A stretch of 64,000 nt of DNA from Camelus dromedarius. Lineage: Eukaryota. Location of the stretch: positions 88,848,001 to 88,912,000 of the forward strand of contig NC_087437.1 in assembly GCF_036321535.1 (NCBI RefSeq), read 5' to 3'. This document shows positions 53,385 to 64,000 of the stretch, piece by piece. The position numbers and the translations under genes were made by a program. The notes beneath the pieces are model-generated. The model saw nothing but the letters and a program-made list of their open reading frames with translations, made no database searches and was not told the DNA's origin. Each line of letters opens with the position of its first letter. Positions within the stretch are counted from its first letter, which is position 1.

Positions 53385-54100
53385 TCTGCCATTTACTCTC
53401 CCAGCGACCTTGGGAAAATGGCAGGACTCTGAACATCAGATTCCTGAGTTCAAGGCTAGAGACAAAAATGAAACTGAACTCATGGGATCTTTCTGAGAAT
53501 TAAGCAAAATAATACATGTTGATATTATGAACTGTCTGGTCTATCATAAGGCCCTGGTAAATGTTAGCCACTAATGAAAGATTGTATTATTAATTACTAT
53601 TTTCTATCATCATTATCATCATCAGCGGCAGCAGTAACTTCCCAGAATGCTCCTACTTAACCTTGGAGAGCTGGTGAGAATATCATCTTATCTGGAAAAA
53701 CTACTCCAGGGAACTGTATTCATTTATACTATTGTGGTGTCCTGTGCAATCTTGTGTTCATTTCCTCCCAGTTTCTCAGCATCTTGAAGGCAGAGACCAT
53801 GATGGTAATCTTGATACTTCTAGCACCTGGTCAGTGACTGCATACAGTAGGTGTTCAATAAACAGTTGCTGAAGGAACGAAAAAAAAAATAGTAAGACTT
53901 ACTGTGTTGTTTGTGTGTGACAAATTGTTCTAACAACTTTGTGTTCAGTCACTCAGTTCTCCCATAGCCCTGTAATCAGCTCCTCCTATTAACATCCCCA
54001 TTGCATGGGTGAGAAACTGAGATGGAATATTTAGATAACTTGGTCACAGCCAGGACTGGGACCAAATTTATTTGGCTATAGAGTCTGTGTTTAACCTTCT
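53385..54100. mobile_element. Cluster of MIR (+), L2 3' end (+) and MIR (-) relics
   Basis: 'gcgaccttgggaaaatg', 'cttgaaggcagagaccat...ctagcacctgg...cagtaggtgttcaataaac' and 'gtgagaaactgag'. Confidence 0.65.
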
Positions 54101-56784
54101 GCTTTTTGACATGTTCCGTATTTTGTATATAATTTTTAACTGTTTAAAAAAGTTATTTAAACATATGAAAGAAAAATTTAGAGACCCCCCAATAAAACAG
54201 AGAAGTTCCTTTCCTCATTGATGGGGGCAATCCTCACAGGTTTCCCTGAATGATACCCCATGCTGTGTGTAAGCTTGAGGTGCCAGCGGTTCAGCTTTGA
54301 GCTCACGGAGCCATGGAAGTAGGCTGTGTCTATGGAGGGGACACAGTCCATTCAGGAAGGAAGCCAGACAGATGGAATTTCCTAATTCTTTTATTACCCT
54401 GGGCAAGAAGGGTAACAGAAAGACAGAGGACAAAACTGGAAGCTCTCTAAGATCCTTCCTGTTTAACATTCTGTGATCCCAGGATTTTTCTGAAAGCCTT
54501 TGATTCTAATACATGCAGAAATAATATATAAAATTATTATTTCGTCAGAAGTTTTATAAAAGGTTCTAACTGTTCATATTTATTCACTGGGCCTATCTAG
54601 TCTGATAAAATGACTATGTTTCATATCAATTAACCATAGCATGCCTACCCATACTCTCACCTACTTATAATTTTATTCAAGTTCATTTTCCTTAAGATAA
54701 GTGGCTCTGTTTTAAATGGAATCAATTAGGAGTCACCTTGAATCTGGAATTTTATAATCCCCAAAGTTTAATGAACTGCCTTCATTTTAAGCAAAAATTT
54801 TACTCCAAGTTTGACAATGCTAGATTCACACATTTAAAAACACGTCAGATTCAGGTAGCTGCTGCTGTGAAGATTGTGAGATACTGCAAAGGGCAAGCAT
54901 TTCTCTTAGAGGTTTAACCAGCTGCTCACGTCCCTGCCCAAGTGGGGACCTAGGGACACTCCATATTTGTTCATACAACAATTGTAGAAGTAATGATGGT
55001 AGACAGGCCTTGCAATAGGGAAAGCTGAATGAGACGTGGAAGGAAGAGATGCTGATGAAGAGCACACGACTCCGAGGGCACCTGGGACTCAGTCCTGCTG
55101 GGGACCTCAGAAGTGTTTCTCTGAAGGACAGAAAGCTCGATCCTTTACCAGAACATCTGTTCATTATTGTTGAGAGTTGTGCCTATGGACATTAGTTATC
55201 TCACACTTCCAAGATGACTGTGAGTGGGGTGAGCAAACTTCCTGCAACTTCCCTCCAAAACTGTGAAGCAGGAAAGCAGAGCAGCAGGCACGTGAGGTGA
55301 GATGCTGCCGGGGTGCATGGGCCGGAGTGCAGCTGACATTGTAGGTTTGCTCAGGGGACCTTAACACAGAGCCCCCAGATCGTCTCTCAGAGCATCCTTT
55401 TTTCCTGCTTAGAAATGTCACTGCCCCATATTAAATTCAACTTATTAGTAACTCTGCAAAGTTGTATGGCTGGCCACCACCTCTTGAAAAAAGGGATTCA
55501 AAACAGGTTTAGTACAGCAAGCTCCAGTCCTGCTACAGCTGTGAGTCCCAAGGCTGTAAGTGCTATTCCTCACCTTCCTGCTCTGCTGCTCGTTCCAGAG
55601 CCCTGACACTTAGCCAGCTCTGCAGTTGACCTATGAGCTGCTTGCCTGAACGAGAAACACAGAGCTTCATCCCCTAGGTTTCTGAGTCTTTGTTTGCCTT
55701 GCTCCTTTTCGGGCAATTATTGCTGAAAATGCCTTTGTTTGTTATCACTGTGCATAGGAACCCCAGCAGATGCCACCGTGATCCCCCTCAGCGCCCCGAG
55801 TCCTCCTTCATGCCTCTGTTAGGTGGCGGCAACCGTAGAACTGTGATCATCACAGTCAACAATGCTGTCAATTTCCTAACTCTTTTATTTACTTGCTGGT
55901 CTTCAGGTATGAGGAGCCCAGAATAATTAGACAAAAGCTGAAGCTTTAGGTTTGGAGGACTCCTTAGTTGACCCTCTAGAAGAAACACTTCCCTGCTGGG
56001 GTTAAAGACCTTGAATCCTATAGAATTTAAAGTTGAAGGAATGAGAAGCCTAAACTCCTCAGTGGGCCATTGAGAGGCATGGTGACAACGGTTAATCCTT
56101 CCTTCAACATTTGATTCCCATGCCTGTGTATTCTAGCACTGGGTACAGCCATCATATAATTCCTGTTGATTAAATATGAATATTGCATCATAGAAGGCAG
56201 TGTCCTAACTAACCACATACGGTGTCTTCTCCATGTTGGCATCTTGGCTGAGCTTTTATGAGGCTATTTTTTTTTTAATTTGTATCAAGCAGCACCCTTG
56301 TTGGTTGCTCATTTATCTCACTCCTCGACACATCACAGTCTCTCACAGCCATCCCGGAACCCTGTAAGTTGGGGACCTCTTGCTGTGCTTTGCAGTAATT
56401 ATATTGACCTCACGTCTGTTGGTATGTGCCACCACCTAGTCTTTGCTGTTCTGGAACCCTGTCACATTCATTGACACCAGGGGCCTCTCTCTCTCATGGT
56501 ATCATCCCCTCCTGCTAAGTCTGTCCTGCAGAGGACAGCCACACTGAACTTGTCGAAGATGCAAGCGTTCTTCTCACTAACGCATGACTTCTGAGGTATG
56601 CCAGGTATGGCCATTCCAGACTTCAGGCTCCTGCTTATTCTGCGGCTTCACCATAATTTCAGCAGAGAAGACCTGCTGACCCCAACCATAACTCTCCTTT
56701 GCAGTTTTGCCACCTTTACCATTAAATCCTGGGCTTGAATTTCAGCAAAGTTTACTCCTTGCTATGAGAAATGAAGGTCTTTAA

Positions 56785-57066
56785 CTCACAGACAGAAGAC
56801 AAACTTGTGGTTACCAGAGGGGGAAGAGGGAGGGGTGGGATAAATTTGGAGCTTGGGATTTGTAGATACTGACTACTATATATAAAATAGATAAACAAGA
56901 TCCTACTATATAGCACAGGGAACTATATTCAATACTTCATAATGGCCTATGATGAGAGAATATGAAAAGGAATATATATATATGTATAAATGAATCACTA
57001 TGCAGTACACCAGCAATTAACACAGCATTGTAAATTGACTATACTTCATTAAAAAAAAAAAAAGAA
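56785..57066 (+). mobile_element. Young L1 3' end with 16-18 bp TSD
   Basis: 'ctcacagacagaagacaaacttgtggttacc...tatacttcattaaaaaaaaaaaaa'. TSD agaaatgaaggtctttaa (56767-56784) / agaaatggaggtctttaa (57067-57084). Confidence 0.93.
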
Positions 57067-57354
57067 AGAAATGGAGGTCTTTAAAAATTTCTATGAAGGC
57101 CTTCTGGCTTTCCCTACACCCCTTGAGTTACTAGGTGCTAACTTCAGCTGTCATTCTCTTTCTCCAAGGTTTCCAACATACATACATGCATAAATACACA
57201 CACACCCACAAACATAAATAAGCAAATAAAAAGTCAGCAAGTTCTATGGTTTTTTAAATGACCATTGTCCCCAAACAGTTCAAGTATTAGAGTTACTCCA
57301 TAAGCCAGTGCTTTCTCTCCTGCCCCTCGTCCCCCCACCAAAACAGGAGAAAAC

Positions 57355-57805
57355 ATTAGGGATTGTGGTGCCAAAAGCAGAACTTGAGGCAAAGGCTTAC
57401 TAAAAGGTAGCTTATTTGGAAGGTAATACCCAGAAATAGAAATGAAGGGATGGGGAAAGTGACACAGGAAAGGAAAAACAATTGTTCCCCCTGAGAACAA
57501 CTGGCACTTAACCCTATTGTGGACGTCAGTCCCTCTAAAGAGTTGTCCAGTGCGCTTGTGAATAAACAGTCAGAGCCTGGGACCTTGATCACCACCCCAA
57601 GCTCCACTGATTGGTAAGTTCATCCAAGGGCATTAACTCTCTGCATTTCTGGGCTGCTTTGCAGATGCTGTCTGAGTTGCAATAACAGGAAAGCAGAGAA
57701 ATATGGCTGGTGTTTCATATGGGATAAGATAAAGGTGATGAACTCTGTCCCTGAACAATGCAGCTTAGGTTAGAGTGGGTCTAGGGGACGTGTCCCAGGG
57801 CACAA
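57355..57805 (-). mobile_element. ERVL solo LTR (LTR16-like)
   Basis: 'aaagcagaacttgaggcaaagg...ttatttggaaggtaatacccag...ggggaaagtgacacaggaaagg...gggcattaactc'. Confidence 0.7.
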
Positions 57806-58375
57806 AAAAGAAGCCTTTCCCTTATATCCATGACCAGAGTTTTACTCACTATATCCATTTCACAGATAAGAAAATTTAGATTCAGATTCTGAAATAATTT
57901 ACCTAAGGTCACATAAGAAGTAAGTAACAGAATGTTATTAAAGCTCACAGGAAATGAAGAATCTCCAGTCCCACCCTAGACTGACTGAATCAGAATCTCC
58001 ATTTTAATAGAATCTCAAGGTTCTATACATACTTATTTCAGTTTGCTAAGCACTGGTTTAAAATGTCTTTTTTTCCCCCTAAATGCCTATAGTCATAAAT
58101 CAAACAGGACAGTCTTATACATAACAGCAAGTGATCCAAATGGTGTATTGTTCTTTTCAGTCAAACCAAAGAGATTCTTCTAAGTATATCTTTTACAAAC
58201 TGTAACTAATTGAAATATTTTGCTGTGAGGGACCCAATGCAATTTTTTTCTTTGGATTAGTGCTGGGTTGGGAAGTGATGTAAAAGGTGTGTTACTGTCA
58301 TAAGTAGTGTGCCAGTCAGAGGTGAAGAGGCAATGACACACATGGGTTAACTCAAGGATGATATATTGGAAAGAG

Positions 58376-58963
58376 TATTAGTTTTCTATTGCTGCTGTAA
58401 CAAATTACCAAAAACTTAGCTCAAAATAACACAAATGTATTGTCTTACAATTCTGCTGGCTTGGCTAGTTACTGCGCTGTTTCTCTGCTCTAGAATAAAG
58501 ATGTTGGTATAATAAAGAAAGCCTGGAATAAATCTGCTTCCAAAATCATTCAGGCTTTTGGAAGAATCCAGTTTCTTGTGGTTGTAAAACTGAGGTCTGC
58601 ATTTTCTTGCTGGCTGTCTCCTGGGGGCTGTCATTAGCTCCTAGTGGCCACTTAGGTCGTTCCCTGGGGGTCCCTGCATTTCAGAGTCAGCAAGACACAT
58701 CAGATTGGCTCATGCTTGGAAACTCTCTCTGATTTTCCCTTTTGCAACATTTTTTTTTCTGCCTCTCGTCAGAAAAGTGTTTGCTTTTAAGTGCTTATGG
58801 GATTAGGCGGAACACACCTGAATAATCCATTCTACACTCCCTATTTTAAAGTCTGTAACCTTAATTATTTCTATAAACTTTCTTTTGCCATGTAGCATAG
58901 CATACTACTATGCTACAATAACTAGGGGATGGACATCTTTGGAAAGCCTTTCCGCCTACCACA
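58376..58963 (-). mobile_element. MaLR solo LTR (MLT1E-like)
   Basis: 'gtattagttttctattgctgctgtaacaaattacca...aatccagtttcttgtggttgtaaaactgaggtc...ttccgcctaccaca'. Confidence 0.9.
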
Positions 58964-61794
58964 GAGAGTTTTTCTGTTTCAAAAAGTGGTAGAAGTGGTT
59001 TGGAGATGGATTTTAGACAACTATAAATGAGAGGAATGCTTTCATTCTTTCAACAAATATTTATTGAGTAAATACTGCTTTCTAGTATTCTGGGTTAGGA
59101 TTTTAACTTTTGAGCAATGGGGTGTTTTCCAAGATTATTAAGTAAAAAAGTGGTAGAATAAACAGTATCAGCAAAGCAAACCAGAAACGCAGAGTTAATG
59201 TCCATCCCCCAGGTTGCTGCCAGCAGGCTATCGGCTCACACTTGAAGCAGAAGAGAGACTGCTGATTTCTTCCTTTTTGTAACTGCAGTTCAGAGAGAGA
59301 GAGATAAGGGCCTCCCTTTGGAAGCTGACAACAGAAAGAAAAAAGAAAGGATGACTTTGAAGAAAGGTACAAATAAATAACTGATGAAACTTTGTGCTTG
59401 GTATGAAAGGGATGAAGTTGATGACAGCAATTCATGATGATTGGGAGAATTTGAGGAATAGCAAAATGCTCATCACAATATCAGTAACTGAAGAACAAAG
59501 CAGTGACCCCCAAATCACTGAAAAGTCCTGCTTGAATAGAAACACCAGGTGAGCCAGCAGCAAACAACAAAAATAAAAACACCAACTTTTTGGTATTCTC
59601 ACATAATTATTCTTTCCACTTGTTGCAGACTGTCAAGATGGACACTGCCTGTCAGTGTGTGTTTCATCATCTTGACTTACCCACCAGGATACCTCAAAAT
59701 AATCCAGCTTTTCAGGTTTTATAACAGTTCTTGCCTATTTGCAGGAACAAAGTATCATCTCAGAAAGTGTCTTTCCAACAAACGTATAGGCAGAGATTGA
59801 AATAAATCACAGGTCAAAAGTATTAAAAAATGACTCAAATTGAGAATACATTTGAACCATTTGAAGAATACAAGTTGTGGTTAAGATGATCCTACCACTA
59901 AGGGAGGGTTGACATTTTTCTTACATATATTCAGCTGTTGTCTCCTCTAGTACGTGAACCAGAAACATTATGAAGAAATAATGGAATAGACACAGAGTAT
60001 GACACATATGGCGGGCATTTGCTTGAACATCTCTGGATAGGAGATTATTAAAAAAAATAAATAAGTAAAATCCTTAAGAAATTATTGTTCAAATCCATAC
60101 CTTGGTTTACATTTTATTGCTTCAGTTCTCCTACTGAAAGCTTTTGTTTATTTTTAGGTTAATAGACATAAACACAATAATGTTGAAGGTCATACCACAA
60201 TCTAAAACTGTCTCAAATGTTTTTAGTTTGGCTTCATGAAAAATGCATTGTGCCAAATGCTTTTTCTCCTTAATTTTTAAACCCTTGTGCATTTTTAAAG
60301 AAAATGCAATCCACATGTTCCTTATGCATTTACACTTAACTCATCAAATTCCTCTTGTGTAAGAGCAACTTGGAGACCAGAAAGACTTTGGAAATTATTT
60401 GTTTGCCTTTGAAGCTTTTTTTTTTTTTTTTAGGAAAGCAGTAGTATATTCTTTGGTATAGTTCATGTGAGGTACCCAAGTGTTCAGTCTTTTAAGTATT
60501 TAAATAACATTATCCAGAATATCTATTTTTGTCTTTATTCTTGCTTCCTCTAGTCTATTAATATAATGATAATCTTCATTACCATTGATTGTATATTATT
60601 ATTATGTTATTATTTACTATTATTATTGTTGTTATAAACTTTATAATAACATTAGTAGTATTACAAGAATATCTATATGTTTATAACATCTTCTAAACAT
60701 CTAAGCAAAGTGGTTTTACCTCACTGACCTTAAAGTCTTGTGTAGAAAGAGACTTCCAGCCTTTGTAATATACTCACCTATTTCATTTCACAATAGAACA
60801 TCAGGCAAAGAGCATTTGCCAACTGCTTTACATCCTCCAAAAAGCTTCTTTTCAGTTCATCTGTCTTATCGCTACTTTCTTGACTAAGTGTGCTATTCAT
60901 CTCTTATAGCCGTTTTTAGCCTTCTGTCTTCAAATCCTTGTACAATTGTCTGCCTATATAATCTGAATTAAAAGTCATATCTAAAATATTTTATTGTTGA
61001 GCCAAGAGATTCTGTCCTACGGTTTCATTTATCTCTTCTTTATAACTATGGACATTACGTTGTTCTGCTTTGCTTAGCCTCTGAATTATAGCCTGTTACA
61101 GGTCTTCAAGTATTCTTAAATAATCATGTGGATATACCCTCTGAAACTCAAGAGAGCCCAACCATCTAAAGTAGAGTCTATGTCTTTCATTTTCTTTCAC
61201 ATCTTCTCATCGTGCTTAGTTCTGATGGTTACAATCTATAATCTTAGTAAATATGGTTGGTTGGTTGTTAATTTGTAAGTATTATGTAGCATGTGCTATT
61301 TGTTTTCTCCATGAAAATACTACAGTAAAATACCAGATAAAAGTGAATTTTGACTCGATCTCTTTTTAAAATTAGATTGCACGCTTGTAATCTATTGTAA
61401 TGTAAGCTTGGTCCTTAAAATATATATTTTTTTAATTTAACTAGGGTCTTGAAAACATAGTGCATATGAAAAGAACAAGAGACAATCAAGACCTTAATCA
61501 AAACCGCCAGTTCATTAGCACAGAGGATACTGATGAACCACAACCAGCAGGGCATTGCGTAGGCTTCGTGCTAGATGCTGGCAATGAAGGGAGGCAGACA
61601 ACTGCTTCTCTCAGACAACTGACTATTTTGGGAGTCACAAATGTAGACAATTTCAACACTGCGCAAAGTGATAGGACGAAGGGCAAAGAAGTGAGACAGG
61701 CATCTCAGTCTAGTTTTTGATCTCTTTTGGAGAGATCTCAAAGTTAAGCAGGCAGTGCAAGCTAAGCATTGTAACAGGCAACACGAAAGCCTTC

Positions 61795-62030
61795 CTGTAA
61801 TGGACACTTATGTAGCGCTCACTTGCGGGCGTTACTGTTCCAAGCACATTACAAATAGGAACTCATGCAATGCTCCTAACTATCCCGTGGGTCAGCATTG
61901 TTACTATTCCAACCGTACAAGTGAGGAAACTGAGGTACAGAAAAGTTAAGTGAATTGCCCAAGGTCAGTAGCAGTCACAGCCAGGACTCAAATAATACAC
62001 TGGATCTCCAAAGCCCCTGCTCTTAGTCCC
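61795..62030 (-). mobile_element. MIR SINE
   Basis: 'tacaagtgaggaaactgaggtacagaaaagttaagtgaattgcccaaggtca'. Confidence 0.9.
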
Positions 62031-62408
62031 TACAGGAGGCTTTTAATATGGAATTTACATACTCAAGGAGAGCAACACTGTCAGGGAAGAACAAGTGGGT
62101 TGGCATTTCCTGAGGGCAATTCACAGCTGGGTTAATGTTAAGAGGTAAAGGAAGCTAAAGATGTGAATGGAACAATGTTGCATTGAGAAAACAGTATTTT
62201 ATCTTCAGGGAATCATTGTAATCATTGGAATGACAGGGTTTTATCTCAACTTTGGAAAGAAGATTCTCCAGCATCCTGGAATATGGGATATAAAATGGCT
62301 GGATTGGATGGAGGTGGGAAGACCTGGTAAGGGATACTTGCAGTAACACAAGTGACAGTAACAGTGGAAATATGGCTGGGGGAGGGGGAGTAGAGCTGAA
62401 GTTCATAA

Positions 62409-62940
62409 TGTTACTGAGTCCAAACTCGTTCTGCTTGCTGCATGACAGGCCAGCAAATCGAAAGATGAGGTGTTGGGGCAAGGAATAGTGACTTTATTCA
62501 GAAAGCTCGCAGACCAAGAGGATGGCAGACTAATGTCTTGGAGAACCATCCTGCTCCAGTCAGAATACAGGCTCCTTTTATATATATAAAAAACAAAACA
62601 GAGGAGGGGGTGTGGTTGGTTGTTGCAAACTTGTTGCTGCAGGAATTCTTTGTTCTTGCAGCCATCCATGTGGGTTAGGCCATGGTGTCCCTGTAAACCT
62701 CCAACAAAACAAAGGTTATTCTCTATTTTGCAACTTGCCATCTCTATGTAAGTGCAGAAGTGCTAACATCCTTAAAGATCAGAGCCCCGAGATAGGCTTT
62801 CTTGTATATTTCAGGCCAGAGGCAACACTGATTTACAAAAGGTGCAGAGCTGGCAAGACTGAGCCTGGAAAACAGGGCACAGTGGTCAAAACTAAAGGAA
62901 CAGATCCAATACAGAGTCAGACTTGTTCTCCTCTGTTATA
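62409..62940 (-). mobile_element. ERV1-type solo LTR, relatively young, with 4-bp TSD
   Basis: Termini tgttac...tgttata. Minus-strand AATAAA (tttatt, about 62493) and TATA region (about 62576-62588). Flanks ataa (62405-62408) / gtaa (62941-62944). Confidence 0.85.
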
Positions 62941-62989
62941 GTAAGACTTATTCCAGAGCTGGACAATTGAGGGCTTGGTAAGTTGTTGA

Positions 62990-63800
62990 TATTGGACGGA
63001 AGAGAAAGTTGTGTTTGGCATAATTCCTCTGAATTTCTGATAAAGCAACTGTATATAATGGTGACTATTGGGATGGGGAAGGAAAAAAGGGAATTGAACA
63101 TGGAAAATGTTTATGATACAATGTAAAGAGAAAAAGAAAGTAGAACTCAAAATAATATGTTCTGTATTGTTCTTTAAAAAATATATGTGTAATATATACA
63201 AAACACTGCTGGTGAAAACCAGAACAACTATTCATTGTGAATGACCAAAGTTTTCAGTAGAACTTTTCATTGTTTCCCATATTTTCTAAATTTTCTGCAA
63301 TAAATGTGAATTAGTTATATTTCCATTAAATGAAAAGTAAATGTTACTGGAAAGATTTTGAACAGTGGTCTTATTTAAAAGTAACTAGTATGATCTTCCT
63401 GGAGAGCAAAATAAAGTACTTAGCAAAAGTAGATGATTTATTAACTTTGAATCAGGAATACCCCTCTTACGAAACTATTTTAAAGTAATACATAAATTCT
63501 CATGTTTATTTATAAATATATTTATTGTCATGCTGAAAAAGTGGCATCAACAATAGGGATTGCTGAAAAGAATTATAGCACAAGTGTGTAAATGCATATT
63601 ACACATTCACTAGAACAGTTACTTATAAAAATACATAGTCATCAAGGAAAATACTTATGATATATGAAAATAGCAGGGTATGAATTCTTTGCTGCTTTTT
63701 GCGTAGGGTATCTCTGAGTGAAAGATGATGCTGATTTTCTTCCTTGACTTGTATTTTTCAAGATTTGTAAAATATACCTATTTACTTATAAAATATGATA
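62990..63800 (+). mobile_element. Old L1 (L1ME-like) 3' relics
   Basis: Degenerate A-rich L1 3'UTR-like sequence, e.g. 'ttttctaaattttctgcaataaatg' and 'atatttattgtcatgctg'. Confidence 0.45.
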
Positions 63801-63875
63801 ATAAACATAACAAAAATAAAATAAAGGCACTTAGTTCATATTTTGAGCAGTATCACTGCTCTTTAATCATTTCAA

Positions 63876-64000
63876 GGAGGGGGTGGATATAGTTCAGTGG
63901 TAGAGCACGTGCTTAGCATGCATGAGGCTCAGGATTCAATCCCCAGTACTTCCATTAAAACTAAATAAATAAATAAACAAACCTAATTACTGCCCCCCAC
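63876..64000 (+). mobile_element. tRNA-Ala-derived SINE (camelid vic-1 type), truncated by the window end
   Basis: The head 'ggatatagttcagtggtagagcacgtgcttagcatgcatgaggctcaggattcaatccccagtacttcca' is tRNA-Ala(AGC)-like with A and B boxes. It is followed by (taaa)n and 'aacctaattactgcccccc'. Confidence 0.85.

Noticed and set aside
63879..63955. tRNA-Ala gene
   Set aside because: The stems are mismatched, there is no oligo-T terminator, and a SINE-type tail follows.

Overview
Mammalian genomic DNA: AT-rich, CpG-depleted and rich in repeats. It is most likely camelid, judging by a tRNA-Ala-derived vic-1-type SINE at the right edge. The only supportable coding sequence is the 44-nt terminal coding exon of VGLL3 (+ strand, 12788-12831, ...G-LQHQDKSKESPWY*). 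Bases 1-12787 are therefore the distal part of the last VGLL3 intron, and a long 3' UTR with several candidate poly(A) signals follows. The rest is intergenic and holds layered transposon fossils: MIR, L2, L1, HAL1-like, MLT1/MLT2, LTR16-like, hAT and Tigger elements, and an ERV1-type solo LTR. The most structured locus is a decayed ERV-L provirus at about 29.96-36.83 kb (LTR33-like LTR, gag, protease, RT, integrase and dUTPase relics). Nested inside it are a 2.27-kb L1 that keeps both ends and a 16-bp TSD but lacks most of ORF1/ORF2, and a probable second solo LTR. Almost all ORFs in the supplied track are spurious or repeat-derived. I found no convincing new biological system. The internally deleted, TSD-flanked L1 is the best candidate for something undescribed. 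Family names come from recalled consensus sequences, not from a search. Repeat boundaries without TSD or TIR support are approximate.
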